Assembly (NCBI GenBank): GCA_963754925.1
Contig: CAVWHX010000003.1
Coordinates: forward strand, 256,001-320,000
Direction: 5' to 3'
Source: an uncultured delta proteobacterium
GTDB lineage: Bacteria > Myxococcota > B64-G9
DNA: 64,000 bases
Part shown: in pieces, positions 10,268 through 20,779 of the stretch
Layout: each line of letters starts with the position of its first letter
Numbering within the stretch: the stretch's first letter is position 1
Notes under the pieces: generated by a model
What the model saw: only the letters and a program-made list of their open reading frames with translations
Database searches by the model: none
What the model was told of the DNA's origin: nothing
Translations under genes and position numbers: made by a program

Positions 10268-11374
10268 CTACCGCAGCTTCAAGCTGGCGATACCCACCAA
10301 GGCCAGCATGATTGATACGATCCAAAAGCGGACGATGATTTTTGGCTCGGCCCAGCCCTTCAATTCATAATGGTGGTGCAACGGCGCCATCTTGAACACC
10401 CGTTTCCCGGTTGTCTTGAAGGAAACCACCTGGATCATCACCGAAAGGATCTCCATCAAAAACACGCCGTGGATTATGGCCGAAACGATCTCATTTTTGG
10501 TCAACACCGCCAACGTACCTAAGCCAGCGCCCAATGATAGGGAGCCGATGTCACCCATAAACACCGTCGCGGGATAGGTGTTGTACCAGAGGAAACTGAT
10601 GCCGGCGCCCATGATCGCCGCACAGAAAACCGTCAGCTCGGCAGCGCCCTCGATGTACGGGATGCGCAGGTAATCGGCGACGTTGAAACCCACCGTCCAG
10701 CCCTTCATCTTCAGTATGGTGCCGGCAGCGTACGATAACACCAGGAACGTGAAGGCCGAGGTGATCACCGGACCAATGGCAAGCCCATCGAGTCCGTCGG
10801 TCATGTTCACCGCGTTAGCGGTGCCGACAATCACTACCGTTGCGAGAACGACATAGGTCCATCCGATATTCGGATTGAACAATTCGAAATTGACCACCGG
10901 AAATGAGACCCGCGAATCAAAATCGGTATAGAGATATAGCGCGCTTATCACCAGAGCGGTCGCGGTAAGTTGAATAAGCAGCCGCACCTTCCCGGACAGT
11001 CCCTTGGAGTTGTTATGACGAAGCTTGCGGTAGTCATCGACAAAACCGACGATTCCAAAAACGGTGGTAACGCCCATCACCACCCAGAGGTTCAAGTAGC
11101 TGAGATCGCCCCAGAGGAGGCACGAAATCAGGATCGCCACCAGCAGCAACATGCCGCCCATGGTGGGCGTGCCGGACTTGGCCTGGTGCGATCGAGGGGT
11201 GTCTTGCCGGACATTCGAGGCGCCGTGCTGAAGCGTCTTAAGCCAGGTGATAAAGGGCGGATAGAGCAACAGTCCGGCTATAAGCGCGGTCGCGCCGGCG
11301 GCAATGGCCCGAAACGATGGGTACCGCACGACGTTGATCCAGTGATCATGTTGGAACAACCAGTAATATAACAT
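10268..11374 (-). CDS. mraY: Phospho-MurNAc-pentapeptide transferase
   Basis: GTPTMGG, DGLDGL, FMGDIGS, APLHHH. Confidence 0.98.
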   Translation of the reverse strand: MLYYWLFQHDHWINVVRYPSFRAIAAGATALIAGLLLYPPFITWLKTLQHGASNVRQDTPRSHQAKSGTPTMGGMLLLVAILISCLLWGDLSYLNLWVVMGVTTVFGIVGFVDDYRKLRHNNSKGLSGKVRLLIQLTATALVISALYLYTDFDSRVSFPVVNFELFNPNIGWTYVVLATVVIVGTANAVNMTDGLDGLAIGPVITSAFTFLVLSYAAGTILKMKGWTVGFNVADYLRIPYIEGAAELTVFCAAIMGAGISFLWYNTYPATVFMGDIGSLSLGAGLGTLAVLTKNEIVSAIIHGVFLMEILSVMIQVVSFKTTGKRVFKMAPLHHHYELKGWAEPKIIVRFWIVSIMLALVGIASLKLR

Positions 11375-12829
11375 CTACGCATGTCCCCCCGGGCTTGCGT
11401 TCCAGTTCACCCCGAGTTGTTTCGTCAGCAACGTGGCGATGCGTTCGAGACGGAGGGCGCGCGAGCCTTTGAGCAGTACCCAGCAACCCGGGGTCAACCG
11501 CGAAAGCAACCAGGCAACCGCTTCCTCAGGCTGTTCGGTCTCAATGACGTCGGATAATCCGCCGCGGCGGGCCTCCTCGGCTATCACCTGGGCCAGCGGC
11601 CCGAAAGCGCATAATCCCTGCACGCCCGCCTCGATCACATAGCGCCCCACCTGCCGGTGGAGCTCGTGGCTTTGGCTGCCGAGCTCGCGCATATCGCCCA
11701 AGACCGCGAGCTTTCTCGAAACCCCGGCCACCTCGTTGAGCGCCTGAAGTCCGGCCTGCATTGACTGCGGATTAGCGTTATAACAATCCACCAGGAGGTG
11801 TGCTTCACCCACGCGAACCTGCTCCAGACGCAGGCCGGGAAAGATCACCCGATCCAACCGCTGCGCGATCTCGGCCGGAGCGATTCCCTCGACTATGCCA
11901 ACCGCAGCCGCTGCGGCGGCGTTTAACGCGTTGTGCGAACCGATGGCCCGGAGCACCGTTGTCACCGTGTTACCCGCGACCTGCAGCTCCACCTCGAGGC
12001 CGCTCGGTACCAGCCGAACGGCATGGATGCGCACGTCGGCTTTGGGGCTTCGTCCGAACGTCAATTGCCGTGCCCTGGTTCGGGCGACCTGCTTGAGCAG
12101 ATAGGGATCGTCGGCATTGAACACCGCCGTTCCGTTCGGCGGCAGGGCGGCAAAAAGCTCGCCTTTGGCTTCGGCCACCGCCGGGAGGGAACCGAGGCCC
12201 TCCAAGTGCACCGGATGAACGTTGGTGATGACACCCACCTCGGGAGCTGCCACCTGCGCCAGACGGGCAATCTCGCCCGGCGCACTCATACCCATCTCCA
12301 TAACCGCGTAGTGGTGCCCTTTCGATAAGCCGAGCAAGGCGCGCGGCATGCCAACGAGATTATTGAAATTGCCGTGATTGGAGAGAACCGCGGGCCCTCC
12401 CCCTAACACCGCGACAATAAGCTCGCGCGTCGAGGTCTTGCCATTGGAACCGGTCACGGCGATCACCCGGGCAATGAATCGACGACGGTGCCAGGCTGCC
12501 AGATCCCCGAGTGCCCGGAGCGTATCTTCCGCCACCACCACCGTGCAGCGTTTCGGTAGTTCGCTCACGAGCCCTTCCTGCCACGCAGTCTTGGAAACTA
12601 ACAATAACCGAGAACCGGCCGCAGCCGCCTGCCGACAAAAACGAGCACCATCAAAATTCGGTCCGCGAAGAGCGATAAAGAGCGATTTCGGCGTTGGCTC
12701 TCGGCTGTCGGTGGTCACCGCCGAACAACTCAGCTGTGGATCGCCCCGCACTACCGTTCCCCCGACGGCCTCGGCCAACTCCTGGGCCGTGCACAAGACA
12801 CCGAAATCTGTTCTGAGCCGTTTCGTCAC
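11375..12829 (-). CDS. murF: UDP-MurNAc-tripeptide--D-Ala-D-Ala ligase
   Basis: GSNGKTST, YNANP, GDMRELG, LKGSR. Confidence 0.97.
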   Translation of the reverse strand: MTKRLRTDFGVLCTAQELAEAVGGTVVRGDPQLSCSAVTTDSREPTPKSLFIALRGPNFDGARFCRQAAAAGSRLLLVSKTAWQEGLVSELPKRCTVVVAEDTLRALGDLAAWHRRRFIARVIAVTGSNGKTSTRELIVAVLGGGPAVLSNHGNFNNLVGMPRALLGLSKGHHYAVMEMGMSAPGEIARLAQVAAPEVGVITNVHPVHLEGLGSLPAVAEAKGELFAALPPNGTAVFNADDPYLLKQVARTRARQLTFGRSPKADVRIHAVRLVPSGLEVELQVAGNTVTTVLRAIGSHNALNAAAAAAVGIVEGIAPAEIAQRLDRVIFPGLRLEQVRVGEAHLLVDCYNANPQSMQAGLQALNEVAGVSRKLAVLGDMRELGSQSHELHRQVGRYVIEAGVQGLCAFGPLAQVIAEEARRGGLSDVIETEQPEEAVAWLLSRLTPGCWVLLKGSRALRLERIATLLTKQLGVNWNASPGGHA

Positions 12830-14403
12830 CGCAACGCTCCCCCCGTAGCCATCCGTGCTGCCAGGGCAACCCGTGCCTCTTCACGGTCATCAAAGTGAAT
12901 CTTCGCATCTCCGGTGATTTGGTAATTCTCGTGCCCCTTGCCGGCTATTAACACGACGTCTTCGTTTTCTGCGATCTGGATAATCCGTTGGATGGCGTCC
13001 CGCCGATCGACCACCCGTGCAAATGTTCCTTGTGGCGCCGTCGGCAGTTCCTCGGCCCCAACCTCGCGCCATCCGTGTTGCCGCAAGCCCGGAACAATCT
13101 CTGACAGGATAGCCATCGGATCTTCAGTGCGCGAATTGTCTGAAGTCACGATTGCACGGTCAGCCAATCGGGCAACCGCGGCGCCCATGAGTGGTCGCTT
13201 GCCTCGATCTCGATCGCCGCCGCAACCAAATACCACGAGCAGGTGTCCTTTGGTCAGCGGACGCAGTGTCTCGAGGACGCTCGTGAGAGCGTGATCGGTG
13301 TGCGCGTAGTCGACAAAAACCGTCGGCCCTATTCCGGCGTCAACGCGCTCGAGTCGACCCGGAACCAAACGACAAGCAGCAATGCCGTCGGCGAGCGCAC
13401 TCGGCGTCAGGCCGAGCGCTCGACCAATCGCCACGGTAGCGAGTATGTTGTAGAGATTGTGACCGCCCGGAAGATGACTGCGCACCGCCAGCTCACCCCC
13501 CGGGTACCGAATCGTGGCCTGGATACCGTCGATTTTTTGCACCACAGCGCCAATCGGATGAACATCCGCGGCTTCGGTGTGGCCATACCAGAGGACCGAT
13601 CCGGACCATTCGCGTACCATGTCGGGGGCTCGCGGGTCATCTCGATTGACTATCGCATATTTGCCGTCCGCGCGGCTTTCAGTTAGCTCGCGTGAGAACA
13701 GCAAGGTTTTGCTGGCCGCGTAGTGTTCGAGGTCGCCGTGGTAGTCAAGATGGTCTCGGGTTAGATTGGTGAAGGCCGCCACCTTAAAATGGCACCCACG
13801 CACCCGCTCTAAATCGAGCGCGTGCGAGGAGACCTCCATGGCTACGTGGGTAACACCCGCCTGATGCATATCGAACAATAACGCCTGAAGATCGGGCGCC
13901 TCCGGTGTGGTGTGCGCACTCTCTTCGCAGAATCCTGGATAGCGCGAGGTGATGGTACCGATCACCCCCGGCACGCCACCCGCCGCGCGAACTACCTGTT
14001 CAAGGAGGTAGGTTTGCGTCGTCTTGCCCTTGGTGCCCGTCACCCCGACGAGCTGCATCCGTAAGGAGGGATGGTCATAAAAGTTGGCAGCCACGCGGGC
14101 CAAGGCCGTACGCGGTTGATCGACGTGTACCAGCGCCTTGATCTCTCCGCGCGGCATCGGTTCGCCAACCAACGCCGCCACGGCACCGCGCGCAGCAGCC
14201 TGTGTGACGAATCGCCGACCGTCAACGTTGAGACCCGGGACGGCCAAAAATGCATCGCCGGCTTTGACGCAGCGCGAATCGTATCGCACGCCAGAGATCA
14301 GCGTCTCCGGGTCGCCATCGATCTGATGTACCGCGACACCGGCGAGAACTTCTGATAACTTTTTTACCCGCTCTGGCATTCGAATCAACGGCCCTCGCCG
14401 CAT
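12826..14403 (-). CDS. murE: UDP-MurNAc-L-Ala-D-Glu--diamino acid ligase (start may be a few codons downstream)
   Basis: MEVSSH, DHLDYH, DYAHT, FGCGGDRD, AGKGHE. Confidence 0.97.
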   Translation of the reverse strand: MRRGPLIRMPERVKKLSEVLAGVAVHQIDGDPETLISGVRYDSRCVKAGDAFLAVPGLNVDGRRFVTQAAARGAVAALVGEPMPRGEIKALVHVDQPRTALARVAANFYDHPSLRMQLVGVTGTKGKTTQTYLLEQVVRAAGGVPGVIGTITSRYPGFCEESAHTTPEAPDLQALLFDMHQAGVTHVAMEVSSHALDLERVRGCHFKVAAFTNLTRDHLDYHGDLEHYAASKTLLFSRELTESRADGKYAIVNRDDPRAPDMVREWSGSVLWYGHTEAADVHPIGAVVQKIDGIQATIRYPGGELAVRSHLPGGHNLYNILATVAIGRALGLTPSALADGIAACRLVPGRLERVDAGIGPTVFVDYAHTDHALTSVLETLRPLTKGHLLVVFGCGGDRDRGKRPLMGAAVARLADRAIVTSDNSRTEDPMAILSEIVPGLRQHGWREVGAEELPTAPQGTFARVVDRRDAIQRIIQIAENEDVVLIAGKGHENYQITGDAKIHFDDREEARVALAARMATGGALR

Positions 14404-14410
14404 GCCGCCA

Positions 14411-16504
14411 CTAGTGATCGATCGGCCGGATTACCGGCGGCGATTTAACATTCATACCGGTAGCGTCTTGTTCCAGGAGCAAGGACACCCGCGTTGTTAC
14501 GGTAGTTGAGCTGACGCCTGGCAACGGTTTTTGGCTCCGCACGCGGCCGCTGCCCTGGACGCTTACCTCAACCCCCGGTCCCGCAAGCCGACGCAGAGCT
14601 TCCCGTAAAGACAGGCCGCGTACATCCGGTATCGGTAACGCAGGCGCCTCCGACGAGGCTGCGGAGACTGACGTTTTCGCCGGCCGGTATGCGCCGCTCA
14701 GCTCCTCCTGTTCATCCTCACGCGCCTGCTCCGGAGCCGCCGCTACAACCGGCGCCGGGGAAGACGCGTCTTTTGCAAATACCCCTAAGTAGGCCAGGGT
14801 GGCCGCAGAAATGCGCGCAAAGGCTGGCGCCGCCACCACGCCGCCATAGGGGCTGGTGGTCGGCTCGTCCACCGTAACCAGCACGGTAATGCGCGGCTGC
14901 TCCGCCGGAAGAAATCCAATAAATGAAGCGATGCGCTTGTCGCGTGAGTAGCCACCGGCTATCGGATCCTGCTTTTGGGCCGTACCGGTCTTGCCTGCCA
15001 CGCTGAACCCTGGCACGGCCGCCAAGGTTCCCGTGCCGCCGGTTTGGGTGACACCCGTGAGCATCTCGGTCAGCTGCGCAACCGTGGAGGGCGTAAACAC
15101 CCTCCCCAGCGGCTCGGGTTCGAAGCGTTGAATGATGTCATCGTGCTGCCCGCGAATTTCTTTAACCAACAAGGGTCTCATCCAGACACCCCCATTGGCT
15201 AAGGCTGCATAGGCGCTGACGAGCTGGAGGCTGGTCACGCTCACCCCCTGCCCAAAGGCAATATTGGCGAGGCCGATGTCCGACCAATTTTGCGGTTGGG
15301 CCAGCTGACAGCGCGCCTCGCCTGGCACCTCGGCGCCGGTGATTCGACCGAAACCGGCGCGGTACAAGGCGTCGTGCAATCGTTCACGTCCAAGCCGCAA
15401 CCCGATCTTCGCCATGCCGATATTGCTCGAGTGAACGAGAATCTCCCGAGGGGTAAGTAACCCAAAATGGTGACCGGACGAGTCGTGTATCGTGTGGCCG
15501 CCAACCTCCATAGTGCCCCACTGGCAGTCGATTTGTTCAGATCGCTTGACCACACCCGTCTCCAGCGCTTCGGCCATAGCAAAAACCTTCAAGGTCGAGC
15601 CCGGCTCGAAGCAATCGGTAACTGCTCGATTGCGCCGGTTGGCGGGGGGAGCCTTCGAGAACGTATTAGGGTTGAACCCCGGATGACTCGCCATAGCCAG
15701 GATTTCGCCGCTCTGCGGATCCATAACGACAGCTGTCCCGGCCTTGGCGCCGGCATCCTGTATCGCCCGCTCCAGTTCGGTCTCGACTATCTCCTGGATG
15801 GTCATATCAATAGTCAAGGCAAGCCCCGCGCCGGAAGCGGCATCCTGGGGCGAGACCGCATCGGCGTAGAGCAACCGGCCGCGGGCGTCGCGCAATCCAT
15901 GGGCCAACACCGTCGCACCGCGCAGCCTGCCGTCAAACAGTAATTCTAAGCCCTCGAGTCCGCGGCCATCTCCCGCAAAACCGACCAGCGCACCCGCGAG
16001 CTCGCGGGCTGGATAGAAGCGTCGGCTCTCCTGGGTAAAACGCACGCCCTTGAGTTGCAATGCGCGGACTCGTTCGGCCTCGGCCGGGGTGACGTGGCGC
16101 TTGATCCAAACGAACTGTCGGCCGGACGTGAGCTTTTGGAGCAATCGTTTCTCGGTCAATCCCAACGCCCGCGTCAATGTCCGAGCCGTACTGAGCGGAT
16201 TGGCGACTTCCTGCGGGATGACAAAGATTGAATCGGTCATCACACTCACGGCAATCGGCACGCCGCGCCGATCGACTATCTTGCCGCGCATCGGCTCGAG
16301 CGCTATCTCGCGCAGGTACTGTTCGCGAGCCAGGCCGTCGAGCCACTCGGACTGGGTTACCTGCAGGGTTGACATGCGCACCACTATGACCGCAGCGCCA
16401 CCGAGCAGCAGCGTCGCTACCAGCAGCAATCGGACCCGCATCCAGATGTTTTGCATACCGTTCCGCATCGCCAAAAACTCCGCCGCACCCCTTCCGTCGG
16501 GCAC
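14411..16504 (-). CDS. ftsI: Penicillin-binding protein FtsI with C-terminal PASTA-like domain (start uncertain)
   Basis: STLK, SSN and KTG transpeptidase motifs; IPDVRGLSLREA PASTA-like segment. Confidence 0.95.
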   Translation of the reverse strand: MPDGRGAAEFLAMRNGMQNIWMRVRLLLVATLLLGGAAVIVVRMSTLQVTQSEWLDGLAREQYLREIALEPMRGKIVDRRGVPIAVSVMTDSIFVIPQEVANPLSTARTLTRALGLTEKRLLQKLTSGRQFVWIKRHVTPAEAERVRALQLKGVRFTQESRRFYPARELAGALVGFAGDGRGLEGLELLFDGRLRGATVLAHGLRDARGRLLYADAVSPQDAASGAGLALTIDMTIQEIVETELERAIQDAGAKAGTAVVMDPQSGEILAMASHPGFNPNTFSKAPPANRRNRAVTDCFEPGSTLKVFAMAEALETGVVKRSEQIDCQWGTMEVGGHTIHDSSGHHFGLLTPREILVHSSNIGMAKIGLRLGRERLHDALYRAGFGRITGAEVPGEARCQLAQPQNWSDIGLANIAFGQGVSVTSLQLVSAYAALANGGVWMRPLLVKEIRGQHDDIIQRFEPEPLGRVFTPSTVAQLTEMLTGVTQTGGTGTLAAVPGFSVAGKTGTAQKQDPIAGGYSRDKRIASFIGFLPAEQPRITVLVTVDEPTTSPYGGVVAAPAFARISAATLAYLGVFAKDASSPAPVVAAAPEQAREDEQEELSGAYRPAKTSVSAASSEAPALPIPDVRGLSLREALRRLAGPGVEVSVQGSGRVRSQKPLPGVSSTTVTTRVSLLLEQDATGMNVKSPPVIRPIDH

Positions 16505-16526
16505 CGTGACGACGTACCGCTTGTGC

Positions 16527-16916
16527 TCAGCGACCGGTCATACTGCTGAGCACGGTCTGATCCTGCTTGAGACTCTGCCGAAGCCTGAGTAACTGCGTCG
16601 CGTTGGGTTCAACCAACCCAAGCTTCTCAATCGCCAATTTGCGCAACCGTTGCGGGCTCCGCAAGGTCGCCACCTCGACCTGCAACGAATGCTGATCGGT
16701 CAACAGCTGCTGGTGCTCGCTGGCTGCGGCAGAAAGGGCATAGCCCAGCTCGACCGCGGAGAGCTTCGCGTGTACGTGCACAAACGCAGCAACGATGAGG
16801 ATTAGCAAAAGCAGCAGCCAGGCCCAGAAGTACCGCGGCCATGCCAGCGCTCGCCGCCTGGCGGTCGAACCATTGTTGTTAAGATTTTTGTTTCTTGTGC
16901 GAATCACGGTTTTCAC
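16527..16916 (-). CDS. ftsL: Cell division protein FtsL
   Basis: Transmembrane helix plus coiled coil ending LRSPQRL...LGL; between rsmH and ftsI. Confidence 0.88.
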   Translation of the reverse strand: MKTVIRTRNKNLNNNGSTARRRALAWPRYFWAWLLLLLILIVAAFVHVHAKLSAVELGYALSAAASEHQQLLTDQHSLQVEVATLRSPQRLRKLAIEKLGLVEPNATQLLRLRQSLKQDQTVLSSMTGR

Positions 16917-17863
16917 AGAACTGATTCCTTCTCCGCGATGGACACCCGCTCAGCCACTCTCAACGTGGCCGAGCGAGCGCGCGGGTTAGCAGATACCTCT
17001 TCAGCTGTAGGTCGTTGCGGCCGCCGGGTTATTATTCGCAGGTGCGCCGTCGCACCGCAGGTGCACACCGGCAAATCCGGCGCACAGGTGCAGCGTCCCT
17101 GCAACTGAACAAATCGCTGTTTGATGCGTCGATCCTCGACGCTGTGAAATGAAATAAAAACCGCCCGCGCGCCGCGTTCGAGCGGCTCCGGCAAGGCCGT
17201 CAGCAAGGCGTCGAGTTCACCATCCTCATTGTTGACCAGCATGCGCAAGGCCAAGAAAACCCGTGTCGCCGGGTGAAGGCGAAAACGGCCGCCCTCGGAA
17301 CCCACCCGGGCAAGGTCGACGGTGGTGTTGAGCCTCCCCGCCCGATACGCCTCAAGGATCCGACGCGCTATGGAGCGCGGGCGTCCCACCTGCCCCAACC
17401 GTTTTAATGCGTCAGCCAGGTCTTCAAGTGTTATCTCTGCGAGGAGTTGATCCAACGTCCTGCCGCGAGTCGGATCCATGCGCATGTCGAGGGGACCGGG
17501 CCGTTTTAAACTAAAACCGCGCTCGGCTCGCTCAAACTGCAACGACGACACGCCCAAATCGGCCAACATACCATCGACGCGCCGTACCCCCGTTTTACGC
17601 AGAACGGAAGGAAGCTCGGAAAACAAAGCCTGAAACAACGAGACGCGACCTCGATAGGACACAAGATTATCGGTGGCGGCTTGTAGCGCTTCGGGGTCGC
17701 GATCGATTCCCAGTAACCGTCCATCGGGAGCGCTCCGATCGAGGATACCACGAGCGTGACCGCCGACACCGACCGTGAGATCGACATAGGTCCCGCCCGG
17801 TTTAACCTGCAGCGCCGCCACGGCCTGCTCCAGCATAACGGGAATATGTATTGCTGGATTCAC
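16913..17863 (-). CDS. rsmH: 16S rRNA m4C1402 methyltransferase
   Basis: HIPVM, DLGVSS, PLDMRMD, ISFHSVEDR, NPRARSA. Confidence 0.98.
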   Translation of the reverse strand: MNPAIHIPVMLEQAVAALQVKPGGTYVDLTVGVGGHARGILDRSAPDGRLLGIDRDPEALQAATDNLVSYRGRVSLFQALFSELPSVLRKTGVRRVDGMLADLGVSSLQFERAERGFSLKRPGPLDMRMDPTRGRTLDQLLAEITLEDLADALKRLGQVGRPRSIARRILEAYRAGRLNTTVDLARVGSEGGRFRLHPATRVFLALRMLVNNEDGELDALLTALPEPLERGARAVFISFHSVEDRRIKQRFVQLQGRCTCAPDLPVCTCGATAHLRIITRRPQRPTAEEVSANPRARSATLRVAERVSIAEKESVL

Positions 17864-17892
17864 CCCGTCACCCTTCCGATGCGTGAAAAAAA

Positions 17893-18339
17893 CTATAAAC
17901 CGATTTCACCGAGCGCGTCGCCTAGGCTTGAAAGCTGACCGCGAGCTTCCTGGGACACGCGCTCCCAGTTCTCTTTAGACCACAGCTCAATCGTATCGAC
18001 CATCCCCGACCAAATGACTTCGCGCTCAAGGTTGGCAAATTCCCGCAATACCGGTGGGATGAGTATCCGCCCGTTGCCATCGATTTGGCATTCCTGGGCA
18101 CCAGAAATCAGCACCCGCTTTAATCGCAACACCTTGGGATCGAAGCGCGGGAGCTGTCGGATTTTCTCCTCGATAAGCTGCCACTCGGCTACCGGGTAGG
18201 CAATCAAGCAGGGATCAATGAACGAGGTCAGTATTAACCGCTCTTCCGCATAACGCGACGAAAGGATCTCTCGAAAACGCGCTGGTAGGCTCACGCGACC
18301 CTTGTCATCGACCGTGTGTTCGGAGCGACCTCGAAACAT
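17893..18339 (-). CDS. mraZ: Transcriptional regulator MraZ (start placed at ATG 18339, MFRGRSEH)
   Basis: DDKGRVSLP and DGNGRILIP AbrB-like repeats; purine-rich RBS before the ATG. Confidence 0.97.
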   Translation of the reverse strand: MFRGRSEHTVDDKGRVSLPARFREILSSRYAEERLILTSFIDPCLIAYPVAEWQLIEEKIRQLPRFDPKVLRLKRVLISGAQECQIDGNGRILIPPVLREFANLEREVIWSGMVDTIELWSKENWERVSQEARGQLSSLGDALGEIGL

Positions 18340-18379
18340 CTCCCTCTCCCATAAGCCCTTCGAGATATGTACTGCGTTA

Positions 18380-18414
18380 CCACTATTAAAATCAATTTCC
18401 CACTTCTTACCACT
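18380..18414 (-). promoter_or_regulatory. Putative MraZ operator: GTGG boxes in 10-bp phase
   Basis: Minus strand AAGTGGTAAG-AAGTGGGAAA-N10-TAGTGGTAAC (CCAC at 18380, 18400, 18410) upstream of mraZ. Confidence 0.75.
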
Positions 18415-18915
18415 TCGTGCATATTCGGACTTCAAAAGGATATTGTCAACATCGATTAGAGTTTTTTTTCTAAATATTGTACAGATCGTGTGCAAACATC
18501 ATGTCCTAGTGTATAAAATTTGTACACCACAATTAGTTGTTGAAAAAAGCTAGAATTATTTTTGTGATGTCACCGATACGACCGAATATCCAAGAGTATA
18601 TTTTACGTTACCGGAAACAAAATCCCGCTTTTCGGCGTCGGTGTGTATCAGTATTGATCAGTGGAAATAAAATGGGTGGCATTTTATTAATGTATTACTT
18701 TATGTTATATTTTTATTACATTGATAATAATACATAATATATAAAGTTATAAAAGAATTTTATACGACATTAGTATGTCCAGACTTTCTTTTTGGGTAAC
18801 TGGTGTATTGGCGTTGTTGATTTTATCGCGCTTATAGCATATCCCTTTGCTTGGTGTTTTATGGGCGCCAACCGATTGATTATGCGCTGCAGGCGCCATT
18901 CAGGAGGAAACTTTC

Positions 18916-19176
18916 ATGAGCGATGCGACGCTCCCGACACCGTCAGTTGCTTCCCTCGAAGATCAACTGGACAACGCCACGCGAGCGCTGGAACAAGGTG
19001 ACTTCATGCTCGCACGTACCATCGTGAGCGCACTTCCCGTACGTGCGTCGCGAGACGACCAACAAAAGGTTGATCGTTTCATGCGCAACCTGCGGGTTGA
19101 TCCCGTCGCCCTCGTTGCCGCGCTCACCGTCGCCATCGGTCTTGCATTGGTTGCGAGCTTAACGGTATTCCACTAA
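18916..19176 (+). CDS. Small hypothetical protein with C-terminal membrane helix
   Basis: AGGAGG RBS, 86 aa, hydrophobic C-terminus. Confidence 0.7.
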   Translation: MSDATLPTPSVASLEDQLDNATRALEQGDFMLARTIVSALPVRASRDDQQKVDRFMRNLRVDPVALVAALTVAIGLALVASLTVFH

Positions 19177-19212
19177 CCCCTGTTGCAAACGAGCAACGAG
19201 CGAAACGAACCC

Positions 19213-20649
19213 ATGACCACCCAAAAGAAGATTACGCCCCGTGAGGTTGACTACAACCAGTGGTACCTCGACGTCATTCAGGCTGCCGAGTTAGCCGACT
19301 ACGCACCGGTTAAAGGGTGCATGGTGATTCGACCAAACGGCTATGCTATCTGGGAGAGCATTCAACAGACGCTCGACCAGATGTTCAAAGACACCGGCCA
19401 CGTGAATGCCTACTTTCCCCTGCTGATTCCCGAGAGCTTTTTTAAAAAAGAGGCCGAACATGTTGAGGGCTTTGCACCGGAGTGCGCGGTAGTAACGATC
19501 GGCGGCGGCAAAAAGCTCGACGAGCCGCTCTACATCCGCCCGACCTCCGAGACTATTATCTGGAGTATGTATAAAACGTGGATATCTTCTCACCGCGATC
19601 TGCCGATTTTGATAAACCAGTGGGCCAATGTGGTGCGCTGGGAAATGCGCACGCGCTTGTTCTTGCGCACCACCGAGTTCCTCTGGCAGGAGGGTCATAC
19701 GGCTCACGCCACCGCCGCGGAGGCAGAGGCCGAAACGCTCCAGATGCTCGATGTCTATCGTCGTTTGTCCGAGGAAACCCTTGCCATCCCGGTCATCGCC
19801 GGGCTCAAGACCGATCGCGAGAAATTCGCCGGCGCTCTTCGAACCTATACTATCGAAGCCATGATGCAGGATCGACGAGCGTTGCAAGCCGGCACCTCGC
19901 ATAACCTCGGTCAAAACTTCGCCAAGGCGTTTGATGTCACCTACCAAGATGAGGCCGGCCAGCGCCAATTGGTCTGGGCAACGAGTTGGGGGCTCAGCAC
20001 CCGTATGATCGGCGCGTTAATTATGGTGCATTCCGATGACAAGGGACTGGTGCTGCCACCGCGCGTGGCATCCCGAAAGGTCGTGTTGGTGCCGATCCCG
20101 GGCAAGAACGCGGATGTCACCAATACCGTGGCCGAGGCTCGGCGTTTGGCGGATGGGCTTGGTTTGGGGCGCGCCCTGCATGTCGATGACCGCAATAATG
20201 TAAGCCCTGGCTGGAAGTTTTTTGACTGGGAGCAACGGGGTGTTCCGGTTCGGATCGAGCTCGGCCCGCGTGATATCAGCCAGAAGCAGGCGGTGGTGGT
20301 GCGACGCGATACCGGTGAGAAAAAGATCGTGCCCTGGTCCTCACTCAAGCAAGCACTCGATCAGGCTCTCGACGGCATGCAACGCGCCTTGTTCGAACGC
20401 GCCAAGGCCTTTCGCGACCAGTACCTCTATCCGGTCGACGATGAAAAAAGTTTTCGGGAGAAGCTTGAGCAGCCGGGCGGGTTTTTACTAACGCATTGGT
20501 GCGGCGACGGCGAGTGCGAAGGGCGTATTCAGGAGCAAACGAAAGCCACCATCCGTTGTATTCCGCTCGACTCGCCTAAGGAACGCGGCGTCTGCCCGTT
20601 TTGCGGCAAGCCCAGCACGCGGCGCGTGATCTATGCCAAGTCATATTAG
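19213..20649 (+). CDS. proS: Proline--tRNA ligase, archaeal/eukaryote-like type
   Basis: [24 protein letters not shown]-terminal Cys-containing Zn domain, no editing insertion; start at ATG 19213. Confidence 0.97.
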   Translation: MTTQKKITPREVDYNQWYLDVIQAAELADYAPVKGCMVIRPNGYAIWESIQQTLDQMFKDTGHVNAYFPLLIPESFFKKEAEHVEGFAPECAVVTIGGGKKLDEPLYIRPTSETIIWSMYKTWISSHRDLPILINQWANVVRWEMRTRLFLRTTEFLWQEGHTAHATAAEAEAETLQMLDVYRRLSEETLAIPVIAGLKTDREKFAGALRTYTIEAMMQDRRALQAGTSHNLGQNFAKAFDVTYQDEAGQRQLVWATSWGLSTRMIGALIMVHSDDKGLVLPPRVASRKVVLVPIPGKNADVTNTVAEARRLADGLGLGRALHVDDRNNVSPGWKFFDWEQRGVPVRIELGPRDISQKQAVVVRRDTGEKKIVPWSSLKQALDQALDGMQRALFERAKAFRDQYLYPVDDEKSFREKLEQPGGFLLTHWCGDGECEGRIQEQTKATIRCIPLDSPKERGVCPFCGKPSTRRVIYAKSY

Positions 20650-20668
20650 TGTGGTATTACAGTAATAC

Positions 20669-20748
20669 ATTGTCATATCGACCGAAGGGAGATATCTTGA
20701 TAATATCTCACGTCTGTTGAGATTTCTCGCTACGCTCGAAATGACAAT
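20669..20748. repeat. Palindromic intergenic repeat (TGTCAT...ATGACA type)
   Basis: ATTGTCATATCGA...AGATTTCTCGCTACGCTCGAAATGACAAT imperfect inverted repeat between proS and cinA. Confidence 0.7.
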
Positions 20749-20779
20749 ATTGCAAAGCTATCGCGGAGACACTAGTAGT

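Noticed and set aside
18340..18495. N-terminal extension of MraZ in the ORF track
   Set aside because: Runs through the operator and promoter; the MraZ-like sequence begins at MFRG (18339)
18420..18900. AT-rich intergenic stretch as a replication origin, and its short ORFs
   Set aside because: No clear DnaA-box cluster (TTATCCACA) seen; explained as the divergent promoter region of mraZ and the proS unit
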